The notes under the pieces are model-generated. The model did not search any database. It was given only the letters and a program-made list of their open reading frames with translations, and had not been told where the DNA came from. The translations under genes and the position numbers were made by a program. 64,000 bases of DNA from Candidatus Parcubacteria bacterium. Its GTDB lineage: Bacteria; Patescibacteriota; Saccharimonadia; UBA4664; JBIOIQ01. The stretch is taken from contig OY970378.1 in assembly GCA_963718875.1 (NCBI GenBank), positions 754,433 to 818,432 on the forward strand. Direction: 5' to 3'. Each line of letters begins with the position of its first letter. The stretch's first letter is position 1. Of the stretch, positions 26,653-37,965 are shown piece by piece.

Positions 26653-28404
26653 TTAGTGCCGCCGCTGGACGGGCTGAGTATTGATAGTCCAGTTTTCCAC
26701 TCCGTAGAATCGATCCGAGGGGTCACCCAATCGACGGCTTTTGACTCCTTTTACATCGGCGTGTGTAACATACAGGTAATTAGGCTGATACAACATTACA
26801 GCAGGAAAATCAGCCACCCAGTTGGCTAAAAACTTTTTATAACGGGCTGCGCGAATAGCTAAATCCGATGTTAGCCTGGCAGATTCTAGTTCCTTATCGG
26901 CAGCGGCAGAACTGTACTCCGACAAATTTAAACCCGGATCAACGGCCTGAGCCGATTGCCAAAAGGCAAACACGTCTGGATCTGGCCCGATAGATATGCC
27001 ATATAACAACAAGTCGTATTTACGCGGTCTGATGTAGCTCTGTTGTAAGGTTGTCACGTCTACTTTAATAACATCGATTGCTATGCCGACTTGTTTTAGG
27101 TTGGACTTAATAAGCTCTGCAAGTTTAGGGTAAGAGCCTGTATTGGATGTCACTAAGGTCAACTTTAATGGCTTATCGCCCTGACGGCGCACTCCGCTTT
27201 TACCCGCGGTCCATTTAGCATCATCAAGCAACTGTTTAGCTTTTACCAAGTCTAACTGGGGTGGTCGGGAAGAGGTCGTATAACCTAACCCACCCGGTAA
27301 TATAGGCAAGGCCACAGGAGCTGCCACCACCGATTTTAATTGTTTCGCTATTTCTGGTCGATCTATGGATTGCGCGATTGCTTGACGTACAGATTTGTCT
27401 GCCAAAATAGGATGGCGCATGCGCATAAATAACCCTACTTCACTCAGAAGCGTCATTTCGTGCACACGTGCCAGAGCTAGCTTGGGAATTTCCGATGCGT
27501 CGACTTGGCTGATAGAGTTAACCTGATGTTGTGCATATGCTTGGCGCAACTGAGAGTCTGATTCGTACAATTTAAATTCGAACTGTTCTAGTTTGGGCGC
27601 TCCATTGTGGTATTCCGAATAAGCTTCGAGCAAGACGCTTTTGGCTTCAATATTAAGCTGCGTAAACTTAAACGGTCCTGTCCCAATGGGGCGTTGGTTA
27701 AAGGCGGCCACTCTTAGGCCAGACGGGTCAAGTCCGGCTAATAAATGTCGCGGTAAGATGCCAAAATTGGTTGAATAAATAAATGGGGCAAAAGCGTTCG
27801 GCAGTGAAAAAATAACTGTATGGTTATTTTTAGCTTTTACAGTAACACCTTGCCAACTGCTCGCAAGGGGCGAACGGGTATCGGGGTTTTGTATAAGCTG
27901 CAACGTAAACACTACATCGTGCGCCGTGAAGGGTACTTTGTCATGCCACTTTACTCCTGGCTGAAGGTGAAAGGTATAGGTTTTGCCATCGTCAGACACT
28001 TCCCAGTTTTTAGCCAGATCGAGTTCAAGCGCCCCTTTGTGGTTTAAGCGGGTTAACCCATTAAAAATTAGCCGCCCAACATCGGTTGAAGCTTGGTTGT
28101 CGGGCAAAATGGGATTAATAGATTTTACAGCTCCAATCAAGCCTTCGCGATAAATGCCCCCGGAGGCTGGTCCAGCCGTCAAATAAGCCTTTTTTAAATT
28201 AGCTGTTTGATTCCCGAGACCAATAAGCCCTATAGCCAGTACCATCCACCACACTATGACAAAGCGCCTAACGCTCCCTAGTCTTTGCCATTTACCCCAA
28301 ACGTGGCGATCAAAATAATTGATTGACCAGATTCTCCACAAACGGGCGTCGCGCTGAAACCGGCGCAACGTTCGTTGAAGCCGAAATTTAACATAAGGCA
28401 GCAT
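26653..28404 (-). CDS. ABC transporter substrate-binding protein, family 5 (peptide/nickel type), N-terminally membrane-anchored
   Basis: 583 aa with N-terminal TM and SBP_bac_5-like core. Confidence 0.7.
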   Translation of the reverse strand: MLPYVKFRLQRTLRRFQRDARLWRIWSINYFDRHVWGKWQRLGSVRRFVIVWWMVLAIGLIGLGNQTANLKKAYLTAGPASGGIYREGLIGAVKSINPILPDNQASTDVGRLIFNGLTRLNHKGALELDLAKNWEVSDDGKTYTFHLQPGVKWHDKVPFTAHDVVFTLQLIQNPDTRSPLASSWQGVTVKAKNNHTVIFSLPNAFAPFIYSTNFGILPRHLLAGLDPSGLRVAAFNQRPIGTGPFKFTQLNIEAKSVLLEAYSEYHNGAPKLEQFEFKLYESDSQLRQAYAQHQVNSISQVDASEIPKLALARVHEMTLLSEVGLFMRMRHPILADKSVRQAIAQSIDRPEIAKQLKSVVAAPVALPILPGGLGYTTSSRPPQLDLVKAKQLLDDAKWTAGKSGVRRQGDKPLKLTLVTSNTGSYPKLAELIKSNLKQVGIAIDVIKVDVTTLQQSYIRPRKYDLLLYGISIGPDPDVFAFWQSAQAVDPGLNLSEYSSAAADKELESARLTSDLAIRAARYKKFLANWVADFPAVMLYQPNYLYVTHADVKGVKSRRLGDPSDRFYGVENWTINTQPVQRRH

Positions 28405-28625
28405 TAAGGCTTAGAAAGAATGCCCAAAATTATAGAAATCACAAAAACAACCGCTGTCACGATGGTAGTGTTGAAAATTATTTTTTCGGCTCCACGCTTA
28501 CTCCTATATGAATTACCCTCTCCGCCAAACGACGCGCTCAAACCCGTACCTTGGGATTGCAGCAAGATTGTCAGTGTCATAATGACCGCGGATATGATGG
28601 TTAAAAAATCAAATAGTGTTTTCAT
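28404..28625 (-). CDS. secG: preprotein translocase subunit SecG
   Basis: 73 aa, two TM helices flanking LLQSQGTGLSASFGGEG (SecG signature). Confidence 0.7.
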   Translation of the reverse strand: MKTLFDFLTIISAVIMTLTILLQSQGTGLSASFGGEGNSYRSKRGAEKIIFNTTIVTAVVFVISIILGILSKP

Positions 28626-28636
28626 GTAAATTTCGC

Positions 28637-29011
28637 TTAAGAATGCTCTGGTTTGCGCTCAATTATATCATTTAATAAGTAGTTTACTATCCAAATTATA
28701 ATTACTGCCAATATGGCTGAACCAAAGGAACGTACTTCAAAGCGGTGGTAAAAGAACGTTACAAGATAGAGCATGAGCGTGTTAATAACGAGCGTAAATA
28801 CTCCTAGCGTCAAAACAATGGCTGGCAAGGTTAGGATGACCACCAAAGGACGAATAAGAGCGTTTACAATCGAGAAAATTAAAGCTGCCCAAACCAGAAC
28901 GCGGTAATGATCTTGATAACTTATGCCAGTAAGCAGGGTGGCGGCGGTCCATAAGCCAAAAAAATTTACTAACCACCGGAGCAGAAACGATTTTATCATA
29001 GCGCCCCTCAT
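28637..29011 (-). CDS. 4-TM small membrane protein (phage-holin-4-like family)
   Basis: 124 aa, four hydrophobic helices, short charged C-terminus. Confidence 0.4.
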   Translation of the reverse strand: MRGAMIKSFLLRWLVNFFGLWTAATLLTGISYQDHYRVLVWAALIFSIVNALIRPLVVILTLPAIVLTLGVFTLVINTLMLYLVTFFYHRFEVRSFGSAILAVIIIWIVNYLLNDIIERKPEHS

Positions 29012-29418
29012 TGTAGCACGCTAAGGCGGGAGATTGAAGTCAGACTTTAGTATTGGTGGGGTGTTGTGCTAGATTTGAAGTCTGACTTCCTGATAACCTC
29101 GAGGGTTGACAGTTGATGGATCCCCTATCCGGAGCATCCAATTTGTCAAAACTGGTGACTACAATGGCCTTCCGATATGGGATAACGGGATTTTTCTGCG
29201 ATGGATTGGATCGACTCAGTGTTAAACGTCAGCAGCTAAAAGTTAAGCGTTTCTCGTGTGTCAAATGTCAGACATTAGCGGTCAAAAGTTGCTTTAGCGT
29301 TTGTGTATCAGACGGCTGAGACTAAAAACGCTCTTTCCACTCACCCGCATCCGCTTCTTGCGTTTACGGTCGCGCGTTTCAGCACGTCTTAACGCGCGTA
29401 AAACTTGTTGACGACTGC

Positions 29419-30891
29419 TCATCTGAGGTGCTCCTTAACGACTTGGGCTTTGGCGGGTCCAACTACATCAACCAGGGCGTTAAAATCAGCCGTCTTCAGC
29501 CCTTGGACACTGCCAAAGACTTTGATTAGTTTTTTGCGGGTAGCTGGACCTACCCCTGGAACTGAGTCCAGAATAGAACTAGTTTGACGGTGACCTTTTA
29601 AAAGGCTATGGTACGTTACAGCAAAACGATGAGCTTCGTCGCGTACTCGCTGCAAGAGCTGTAAAACATGTGAAGACTTAGGGAGTAAAATGACTTCGAA
29701 GTCATTATTTGACATAATCCAAGCTTCGTTATCCCAATGACCGCTTGATGCTTGACTTGTACTTTCAGAGCGCCGAATAATTTCCTCTTCGCGCTTGGCA
29801 AGCCCGATAGTGGGAATGTTAATTCCCCGCTCTTCCAAAACCCCCAAAGCAGCAGCCAACTGACCTTTGCCCCCGTCAATCAAGATGAGGTCTGGCTTGG
29901 CCCATTGCTCGAGGTTTTTACTACTGAAGCGCCGCTCTATAACTTCACGCATATGGGCAAAATCATCATTACCGACCAGCCGCATTTTGAAACGGCGATA
30001 CTCATCTCGGTTGGGTACACCGTCATTAAATACCACCATACTGGCCACGTTATCAGTCCCTTGCATGTGCGAAATGTCGTAGGCCTCAATTCGACGCGGA
30101 AGGCCTTTTAACTGCAATCTTTCGCTTAAGCCCACTAAGGCCTGATCTAACGTGAGGTCAAATAGCTCTTTGTCGCCAAAAATCATTTGCTTAGATAGGG
30201 ATTGTAAATCGCGCAACTGGTCGCGAGATTTACTGGCAGCTTCAAAGTCTTGGCGCTTAGCAGCCCGCTCCATATCGCGCTGTATTTGTTGTAAAAGCTT
30301 GTTTTTGTCGCCACGGATGTACATTTCCAGCTGTTTTATTTGCCTCCGGTAGTCGACTGGTGTAATGGCATTTTCTTCGGGGTTAGGGCATAGCCCTAGA
30401 TGAGCCTGTAAACAAGCTCGCTGTGGCAGTGGGTCGTGTGTGACATAAGGGAAAATGCGCCGCAAGTACTTCATGGCCCGCTTCATGGCATCAGCCGAGG
30501 TAAAGGGGCCAAAATAAGTCGCTTTGTCGTCTAGTGGGCGGCGAACATACGAAACCACCGGATAGACTTGAGTGCCAACCTTTATATAATTCCAGTGCTT
30601 GTCGTCCTTGAGGTCTACATTGTATTTGGGCCGGTAGCGCTTAATCATTTCGCTTTCAAGAAACAAGGCTTCAACCTCGCTCCCCACTACCATCCAGTCG
30701 GTGTCGGCAATCTCCTGGATCAAAAGAACGGTTTTGAGATCACGGTTTTTGGTGTTTTGAAAGTATGAGCCAACTCGATTTTTAAGTATTGCAGCTTTAC
30801 CTACGTAAATGATTTTTCCCACCGTGTCCTTATGGAAGTATACGCCCGGTTCAGAAGGGAGGTTTTTTAATTTTTCTTTAAGCGTGGTCAT
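29419..30891 (-). CDS. uvrC: excinuclease ABC subunit C
   Basis: N-terminal GIY-YIG (PGVYFHKD...IYVGKA), UvrBC-interaction region, RNaseH-like endonuclease and C-terminal HhH (VPGVGPATRKKL). Start placed at MTTLKEKL rather than the upstream alternative start. Confidence 0.85.
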   Translation of the reverse strand: MTTLKEKLKNLPSEPGVYFHKDTVGKIIYVGKAAILKNRVGSYFQNTKNRDLKTVLLIQEIADTDWMVVGSEVEALFLESEMIKRYRPKYNVDLKDDKHWNYIKVGTQVYPVVSYVRRPLDDKATYFGPFTSADAMKRAMKYLRRIFPYVTHDPLPQRACLQAHLGLCPNPEENAITPVDYRRQIKQLEMYIRGDKNKLLQQIQRDMERAAKRQDFEAASKSRDQLRDLQSLSKQMIFGDKELFDLTLDQALVGLSERLQLKGLPRRIEAYDISHMQGTDNVASMVVFNDGVPNRDEYRRFKMRLVGNDDFAHMREVIERRFSSKNLEQWAKPDLILIDGGKGQLAAALGVLEERGINIPTIGLAKREEEIIRRSESTSQASSGHWDNEAWIMSNNDFEVILLPKSSHVLQLLQRVRDEAHRFAVTYHSLLKGHRQTSSILDSVPGVGPATRKKLIKVFGSVQGLKTADFNALVDVVGPAKAQVVKEHLR

Positions 30892-31172
30892 GTTTCTATT
30901 ATAGCAAGCTGGCAATAACCCTTTATTGGCTGAGCCTTGCCAGCCATGAGCGCAGTCGAATGGTCGAAGCCTCTCGCTAGTATTAAAAAACAACTTCTAC
31001 GAGCCACTCCTGGCCTTCGATTACACTCAGGCAGTAAGAATGTAGCCTTTTTCCGAGTTGTCTTGATCTAGCCCCAGCGGCCGCCATTATGGTGGTCGCA
31101 TTTTTTATAATAAACAAACAGCGCCCTGGCAGGGAACTGCTTGCGCTAGTTCTCGACCACGGACGCTTGAGA

Positions 31173-31685
31173 TCAGGTCATGCCTCCCCAAGGAGATGCG
31201 AGAAGCCATGATGGAACGAAATGATCCGGGAGTGGTTCATCTTGCTCCTGATACGGCAGGAAGCCGATGCGATGGCAGTACCACTCCAACACCGCCACAA
31301 GCAGGCCGAGAGATACCAAGATCTGTGCGACAAGCAGCCACGCTACGTACGGTCGACCGTGGCCTGTTGTATCGATGAAGACTTGACCTGATCGGCCCAG
31401 CCACACTCGAGTCGTCTTCTGGTCGCCAAACTCAGTGGAAAGGTTGGCTGGGCGGGTTACCGGCAACCCATCACGCCCGATGTAGGTGACACCGAACAGG
31501 GTTGTCGAGGTGGTTTTTGACCCAACTTGGGAACTGATATTGGTACTCACAACGCCAACAATTGGACTTCCCCACTCTTGCTGGTTGCGCGCATCGAGGC
31601 GGGCAGCGAGCACCAGAAGCTGGATACTGGCAACCACCACTAGGACCATGACCACAACCTTACTCGGTACTAACTTCTTCGACAT
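31173..31685 (-). CDS. membrane protein (DUF3592-like: TM - beta-rich domain - TM), high-GC island gene
   Basis: 170-aa GC-rich ORF with N- and C-terminal hydrophobic helices. Confidence 0.45.
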   Translation of the reverse strand: MSKKLVPSKVVVMVLVVVASIQLLVLAARLDARNQQEWGSPIVGVVSTNISSQVGSKTTSTTLFGVTYIGRDGLPVTRPANLSTEFGDQKTTRVWLGRSGQVFIDTTGHGRPYVAWLLVAQILVSLGLLVAVLEWYCHRIGFLPYQEQDEPLPDHFVPSWLLASPWGGMT

Positions 31686-31975
31686 CTGTAAAACCTCCGG
31701 AACGGGCGGCTTACTAGCTCCGCTTACGATTGGGTGATTAAAATTATATCACTGAGTTTCTTATCGGTTAAGCAGTTTAAGAGCAGACCAGACACCCAGG
31801 CCACCGCCAATACCACTAAAAAGAATACTCCAGGGAGACAACAAGCCAGCGTGCCACAGCCCTGGCACAAGACTACCTGCTACGCCTCCGGCTGCCATTC
31901 CAAAATAAACAATTTTTTTGTCAGACATATGGGTTCACTGTATCATGATTAGGCTATGACTGAGAACTGCTCACA

Positions 31976-32488
31976 ATGAAGTTAGGCTTACTTTTTGGCT
32001 CGTTTGACCCAATTCATAATGGGCATTTATCAGTAGTTCAACAAGCCTTTAAAGACGCCTCATGTAATCAAGTTTTGCTAATAGTCCAGCCATCAAATAA
32101 CTATAAAAAAACTTTTCCGCAAGCCACCCTAGATCAACGGATACAGATGGCCAAGTTGGCAGTGAGCGATATTCCAAATGTCGAGGTTAATAAGTTGAGT
32201 TCAACGGTACCGCCGGAACACAGCATCGCCTCTACACTGAACCAATTAAAACAGCTGGATCATAAGCAAGAGTTAGTTCTACTCCTTGGAGATGACTTAG
32301 CTCAAACTATGCCTTACTGGCCCGATTATGATCAAATTATGAAATTCTGCCAGATATTTGTAGCTAAGCGTAGGGTCAGTGATGTCTCTTCCCGACAGAT
32401 TCGTAGTGCGGTCGAGGCTAAGGAACCTCTAGGCAGGCTTTTGCCTCAAAATGTGGCCAATTACATCAATGAACATAATTTATATTGA
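31976..32488 (+). CDS. nadD: nicotinate-nucleotide adenylyltransferase
   Basis: GLLFGSFDPIHNGHL (HxGH nucleotidyltransferase motif) and a late SxxxxR motif region. Confidence 0.75.
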   Translation: MKLGLLFGSFDPIHNGHLSVVQQAFKDASCNQVLLIVQPSNNYKKTFPQATLDQRIQMAKLAVSDIPNVEVNKLSSTVPPEHSIASTLNQLKQLDHKQELVLLLGDDLAQTMPYWPDYDQIMKFCQIFVAKRRVSDVSSRQIRSAVEAKEPLGRLLPQNVANYINEHNLY

Positions 32489-32514
32489 CAAATGTAAGCG
32501 TAAGTGCTATAATG

Positions 32515-33560
32515 CTGCAATCCTGAGTTTCCTGAATTCACCCCTCAATCAGGACAGTCTCTCGTAAAACTCCTTTCTCTTTAGCCATTTCAATAGCGGA
32601 CATATATCCCAGGATCTTCCTGGGTTTGTTGTTTATGATCGTAATGATACGCTGCAATTCTTTGTTCGTCACGGTGGCTAGATCCATGCCTTTGGGCAAG
32701 TAGTGCCGAATCATTCGGTTGGCGTTTTCCACCCCTCCTTTTTGCCAGCTAGAATAGGGGTCACAGAAAAAAACGAGCATATCGAGCAATCTGTGCCAAC
32801 GGTTCTCGATACCGTTGTCGAGAGTCAGACTGCTGATGAGAGCAAGACCAGTTTGGAAGAGCTGATGGCTCCATTAAAGCTCACCGGACACAAGTCTGGG
32901 ATGGGTCTAGCAGCAATCAGTCTGGTGACTCGTTCCTGAATCACTACGATTGCTGCTTTTGATCCAGTCCGCTTGCCGCTAACGATGGTATCCCCCTCAT
33001 AGTGGCCCACTTCGCTCCGGACGGTAGCTTCATGGGGGCGCTCTGTAATACTCACCCGATCTGGAATCATCACCCGATCGGTCTTTGGTTTGCGCTTCTT
33101 TGGTCTGTACCTACGGGAGGGCAGGTAGTCACAGTACTTCTGCCCTCTGGCGCTGTCGAGCCATTCGTAGATGGCTGTCTTAGAGGCATAGTAACCGTGC
33201 TGATCTTTTTTTAGTCGTCCCGCTATCTCATCGGGATTCCAGCCATCCATGAGGCGCACAATGATGTACCAGCGCAAATCATCATTCTCCTGGATCTTCT
33301 TGCCCTGGTACTTGGCATACTTGCGTTTGACGTAGGCTTTTTGTTTGGCGATGCGGGCATTGTAGCCTTCCGGGGTCTTATTACGCTTCACCTCATCACT
33401 GATGGTATTGGGGCTCCGGCCCAAAGCCCGACCAATGGCCCTAAGAGTGTGACCTTTATTTAAAAGAATTTCTATTTCCGAACGCTCTGCCGATGTTAGT
33501 TTAGTAGCTTTTACCATGATGACACTCTACGGGTTGACTGTCCTGATTCAAAACGGAATG
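32515..33560 (-). mobile_element. IS30-family insertion sequence (transposase frameshifted)
   Basis: Terminal inverted repeats: CTCAATCAGGACAGTCTC at the left end vs the reverse complement of the right end TGAATCAGGACAGTCAAC. Element about 1.05 kb, within the IS30 size range. Confidence 0.65.
32538..33517 (-). pseudogene. IS30-family DDE transposase split into two ORFs (32825..33517 N-terminal HTH/DDE part; 32538..32789 C-terminal part)
   Basis: N-terminal ORF MVKATKLTSAERSEIEILLNKGHTLRAIGRALGRSPNTISDEVKRN (IS30 HTH). C-terminal ORF ...YSSWQKGGVENANRMIRHYLPKG (IS30 DDE C-terminal signature). The two ORFs are out of frame. Confidence 0.7.
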
Positions 33561-33635
33561 GAGGTATATAGCTCAGCGCCCCTCGACATTTTGCTACTTT
33601 CATCTATCCGTCCTGCCAACCCAAGGAGCATTTCC

Positions 33636-34184
33636 GTGACTGTGACCCAGACCCGCCCTGCCCCCCTCACCGAGGACGAGGAGCGGCTCATTGCAAAGCT
33701 CATCACCAACCCGCGAGTGCCCAGCCGAGACGTGGCTCGCCTCCAATTGGACGACCTCGAGGTTGTCCGCCGTACCCTGTTCTTCGTCACCCGCGACCTG
33801 GCTACCCAGCCCCCCACGCTGCATCCCGTCATCGTGGTACAGCCGAAGCAGGTGCAGACGCTCCCCGCCAACCTGGAAGAGCTTGAGAGGCTGGTCCACG
33901 ACCTCTACTCGAAGCTGGAAGAGTTGAAGGCCATCGTGCCGCAGATTCTCGCCGGCCGGATCGACACCTGCCTCTCGAACGCCGTTGAGGCCTACGGAGA
34001 CACGCAGCGTTTGTTGAGGTGGATCGACAGGGCCAAGGACCTGATCAAGCTGATCGAGTCCAACCCGATGTTCCGATCGACCACGCCTCCGGCTGTCGAT
34101 CTCGACGCACTCAAGGCTCGCGACGCCAAGCTGAGTACCACCCCCAAGAAGCCCCGTTTCAAGAAGGGCAAGAAGCAGAAGTAG
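33636..34184 (+). CDS. hypothetical protein, high-GC island gene abutting the IS30
   Basis: AAGGAG RBS + GTG start at 33636; GC-rich; C-terminal Lys-rich tail. Many spurious antisense ORFs overlap it. Confidence 0.4.
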   Translation: MTVTQTRPAPLTEDEERLIAKLITNPRVPSRDVARLQLDDLEVVRRTLFFVTRDLATQPPTLHPVIVVQPKQVQTLPANLEELERLVHDLYSKLEELKAIVPQILAGRIDTCLSNAVEAYGDTQRLLRWIDRAKDLIKLIESNPMFRSTTPPAVDLDALKARDAKLSTTPKKPRFKKGKKQK

Positions 34185-34188
34185 CAAC

Positions 34189-34713
34189 ATGTTCGAGCGT
34201 CCCGGCCGGTGCCCCACGTGGGTGCCGGTCGGGCCTCCGACCCAACGTCTGAAGTCACTTGAGGCTTTAGGTCGAGGTTCAATTGACAGCTGCAAATATC
34301 AGCGATATGGTTTGAGACGTCCACCGCACATCCCACAAGGAGGTAGTACATACGATAACCAGCTGCTAATAAGTCCGGAGGATGTAATCGGCTGGAGCAA
34401 CGAGTTTGAATATCGCTCGCTTCAGCTGTTCGTCTCCGTCCAAGGTGTCACGCATTTCATTGGTAGTGTCGGCCCATGCGCCCAGCGTTGCGGCATTTGC
34501 CGAGACACCCACTACTACGCCAAGAATTGCAACGGGTTGCCAGTTAAACCCGATAACGGCTACGGCTTCAATTCGGGAAGAAGTGCCGTCGTGGCTCTGC
34601 TCGAACAAAGCCGGTTCTACGCCCACAAAGGCAGATGGCTAAACCAAAGCCAATGGGATCGGCTGCAGCGCAAGCTACCTCACCAGCAGCCTAAGCGTTG
34701 GTACTCGCTGTAA
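34189..34713 (+). CDS. hypothetical Cys-containing protein (coding status uncertain)
   Basis: 174-aa track ORF of mixed composition; no convincing start/RBS identified. Confidence 0.25.
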   Translation: MFERPGRCPTWVPVGPPTQRLKSLEALGRGSIDSCKYQRYGLRRPPHIPQGGSTYDNQLLISPEDVIGWSNEFEYRSLQLFVSVQGVTHFIGSVGPCAQRCGICRDTHYYAKNCNGLPVKPDNGYGFNSGRSAVVALLEQSRFYAHKGRWLNQSQWDRLQRKLPHQQPKRWYSL

Positions 34714-35003
34714 TCGGGTCGAGTCGGGGTTTAAACTCCCCGGCTCGGCTCATTCTTTTATGTGCGCACAAAAGGTTTTTTAGTTTGCGTTTTGACTGAT
34801 TTTTTGGGGCTTTCCTACTCTATGCAGGTTCTTGTGTTTTTTTAGTAAACTTGGAATTGTAATAGATTGCATTACAATCCATTACAATCTTGATGATGCA
34901 AAAAAGTTATAGGAGCGTAGAGGTATTGAAAGCGATTTCGCGTCAAATTTAGATGATGTTTCCTGCTCCGATCGAGAATGACAGTTTAAAGACGGTTGGG
35001 CCA

Positions 35004-37874
35004 CTAGGCCGTTTGCTTGGACTTGCTTTTGGCAGTTGCAGCGTTTTTAGCAAAAATACGTGCTAAGTACTGGCCAGTATACGACTGTGCCACCTTAGCA
35101 ACTGCCTCTGGCGTACCTTCGGCAATAATTTTACCGCCGCCAGTTCCACCCTCTGGACCGAGATCAATCAACCAGTCGGAAGACTTAATAACATCAAGAT
35201 TGTGCTCAATTATTAGGACCGAGTTGCCCATGTCTACAAGTGCATTAAGTACGCTTAGGAGACGCTTAACGTCCTCAAAATGAAGCCCAGTGGTCGGCTC
35301 GTCAAGGATATACAGTGTCTGCCCTGTACTACGCCGACTTAGCTCCGAAGCTAATTTTATTCGCTGAGCCTCTCCTCCACTGAAAGTGGTGGCAGACTGC
35401 CCAAGATGGATATACCCTAGTCCAACGTTATTAAGGGTTTCAAATTTACGTTTTATGGAGGGAATGTTTTCAAAAAACGTTACTGCCTCTTCCACGGTCA
35501 TATCTAAAACATCGGAAATGTTTTTGCCTTTATAATGAATCTCCAGTGCTTCGCGGTTATAACGCTTACCTTTGCACTCCTCGCAAGTAATGTAAACGTC
35601 AGGTAAAAAATGCATTTCTATTTTAATAATACCGTCGCCACGACAGAGCTCACAGCGGCCACCTTTAACATTAAAACTAAAGCGGCCGGCTTTATAGCCG
35701 CGAATTTTGGCCTCGGGGGTGGACGCAAATAGCTCTCTTATGAGTCCAAACACACCAGTATAGGTGGCTGGATTGCTCCTTGGCGTACGCCCAATAGGCG
35801 ATTGGTCGACGGTAATAACCTTGTCCAGGGCTTTGACGTTTAAGATCTCATCATGTTTACCAGGCACGTCACCAGCACGATGTAGTACTTGGGCTAGTTT
35901 CTTGGCCAAAATGTCATTTATCAAACTTGACTTACCAGATCCTGATACGCCAGTGACTGTTGCCAACAATCCTAGGGGAATCTTGACGTCAATGTTTTTT
36001 AGGTTGTGCTCGCGAGCATTTTTAACTTCAATTGTCTGCTTATTCCCTGGTCGGCGCTTGAACGGAACTTCTATTTTGCGTCTGCCTGACAAGTACATTC
36101 CAGTCAGGCTTTCGGGAGTAGCAGCCACCTCTTCGGGAGTACCCGCTCCAACAACATTCCCACCATGTTCACCCGCTAATGGGCCAATGTCTATGACATA
36201 GTCGGCGGCCCGAATAGTGTCTTCGTCATGCTCTACAACGATGACTGTATTACCAAGGCTTTTTAAACGTAACAAGGTGGTAATCAGCCGATCGTTATCC
36301 CTCTGGTGGAGGCCTATAGAGGGCTCGTCCAGAATATATAAGACACCCATGAGACTTGAGCCAATTTGGGTAGCTAAACGAATTCGTTGGGCTTCGCCAC
36401 CAGCTAAGGTGTTGGCTGAACGGTCGAGGGTTAAGTATTCTAAACCAACATCACCCAAAAACTGCAGTCTTGCGCAAATTTCTTTCAATATTTGGTGAGC
36501 AATTTGCGTGTCCCGCTCGCTTAGCTTAAGTCCGTTAAAAAACTTAATGGCATCGCCAATTGATAAAGTCGTAATTTCGACAATCGACTTGTCGTTAACG
36601 GTGACGGCCAGAACTTCGGGTTTAAGACGCTGCCCGTGACACACAGGGCATTCGTGTTCCGCCATGTATTTTTCAATTTCTTTACGGACAAAGTCAGAGT
36701 CAGTTTCATGATAACGCCGCTCCATGTTTGGGATAACACCCTCAAAACTGGAGTGGTATGTGCGGCCACCTGGGCCCTTAATGTTGATAGTTTCATCGCC
36801 CGCCCCGTAAAGAATGATTTTAAGATCGTTGGGTTTCATTTTTACAATTGGTGTATCAAGCGAAAAATTATACTTATTAGCAACTCCTTCGAGTAGCTTG
36901 GTGTACCAGTTCATTCGTGCAGTGGTACGGCTCCAAGGTCGGATTGCACCCTCATTGACGGTAAGTCGACGATTAGGAATAACCAGCTCGGGGTCAACTT
37001 CAAGTCTAGTACCTAAACCGGTACAGTGCGGGCAGGCACCATGAGGCGAATTGAAGGAAAAATTGCGAGGCGCAACTTCCGGCAAGCTAACCTCGCGGTG
37101 TACAGGGCAAGCGAAATGCTCGCTTAATGCTTGCTCATTAATAATCGTGCCTTCTTCATTGATAGTCAGGATTTTGACAATGCCCTCCCCCAAGGCAAGG
37201 GCATGCTCGACAGACTCGGTTAGGCGCTGCTGAACATCCTCCTCAACTACCAAGCGGTCAACCACGGCCTCGATGGTGTGTTTTTTTTGTTTATCAAGGT
37301 TGGGAAACTCATCAACATCGTACATGACGCCGTTTATGCGTAAACGCGAGTAGCCGGCTTTTTTAAGCAATGGAGAAATTTGGCGGTGCTCGCCTTTTTT
37401 GTCATCTATAACGGGTGCTAAAACCATAATACGGCTTTCGCCTGGCATAGCCATAATTTGGTCAACGATTTGACCGGCTGTTTGACGAGTAACTTCACGG
37501 CCGCATACCGGACAATGTGGTATGCCGATGCGAGCATACAAAAGACGCAAGTAATCATAAATTTCGGTGACTGTACCGACCGTAGAGCGCGGGTTGCGGG
37601 AGCTGGATTTTTGATCAATTGAAATTGCCGGACTAAGTCCGTCAATTTGGTCGACATCGGGCTTCTCCATCAATCCCAAAAACTGGCGAGCATAGGCTGA
37701 TAGGCTCTCGACATAACGACGTTGACCTTCGGCATAAAGCGTGTCAAAAGCTAGCGACGACTTTCCAGAGCCTGACAAGCCGGTAATTACTACCAGTTTG
37801 TCGCGCGGAATTTGAACATCAATATTCTTTAAGTTGTGCTCGCGCGCGCCCCGAATAACGATGTGATCTTGCAT
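35004..37874 (-). CDS. uvrA: excinuclease ABC subunit A
   Basis: Two ABC ATPase modules ([10 protein letters not shown] / [10 protein letters not shown] Walker A; LSGGEAQR signatures) and zinc-finger Cys clusters. Start placed at [20 protein letters not shown]. Confidence 0.9.
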   Translation of the reverse strand: MQDHIVIRGAREHNLKNIDVQIPRDKLVVITGLSGSGKSSLAFDTLYAEGQRRYVESLSAYARQFLGLMEKPDVDQIDGLSPAISIDQKSSSRNPRSTVGTVTEIYDYLRLLYARIGIPHCPVCGREVTRQTAGQIVDQIMAMPGESRIMVLAPVIDDKKGEHRQISPLLKKAGYSRLRINGVMYDVDEFPNLDKQKKHTIEAVVDRLVVEEDVQQRLTESVEHALALGEGIVKILTINEEGTIINEQALSEHFACPVHREVSLPEVAPRNFSFNSPHGACPHCTGLGTRLEVDPELVIPNRRLTVNEGAIRPWSRTTARMNWYTKLLEGVANKYNFSLDTPIVKMKPNDLKIILYGAGDETINIKGPGGRTYHSSFEGVIPNMERRYHETDSDFVRKEIEKYMAEHECPVCHGQRLKPEVLAVTVNDKSIVEITTLSIGDAIKFFNGLKLSERDTQIAHQILKEICARLQFLGDVGLEYLTLDRSANTLAGGEAQRIRLATQIGSSLMGVLYILDEPSIGLHQRDNDRLITTLLRLKSLGNTVIVVEHDEDTIRAADYVIDIGPLAGEHGGNVVGAGTPEEVAATPESLTGMYLSGRRKIEVPFKRRPGNKQTIEVKNAREHNLKNIDVKIPLGLLATVTGVSGSGKSSLINDILAKKLAQVLHRAGDVPGKHDEILNVKALDKVITVDQSPIGRTPRSNPATYTGVFGLIRELFASTPEAKIRGYKAGRFSFNVKGGRCELCRGDGIIKIEMHFLPDVYITCEECKGKRYNREALEIHYKGKNISDVLDMTVEEAVTFFENIPSIKRKFETLNNVGLGYIHLGQSATTFSGGEAQRIKLASELSRRSTGQTLYILDEPTTGLHFEDVKRLLSVLNALVDMGNSVLIIEHNLDVIKSSDWLIDLGPEGGTGGGKIIAEGTPEAVAKVAQSYTGQYLARIFAKNAATAKSKSKQTA

Positions 37875-37965
37875 TTTCCTCCTATTTCTCACCAACGTAA
37901 CAGAAAAAAATTATACGCTGTTTTGAGACGCGTGGCAATGCGCTAGAAGGCTTAAAGACACTACA

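Noticed and set aside
29401-29470. Apparent extra A (CCAAACT vs CCAACT) in my reading relative to the ORF-track translations of 29405..29587 and uvrC
   Set aside because: This is probably a one-base miscount or transcription ambiguity on my side rather than a real frameshift in uvrC. The uvrC protein is full-length and in frame in the track. Manual coordinates may carry a 1-nt uncertainty.
33548-34351. Antisense ORFs 33548..33871, 33600..34295, 33992..34351 and the overlapping + ORFs 33691..33927, 34019..34252
   Set aside because: Same GC-rich shadow-frame phenomenon. Only the frame with an RBS + GTG start (33636..34184) was kept, and even that at low confidence.
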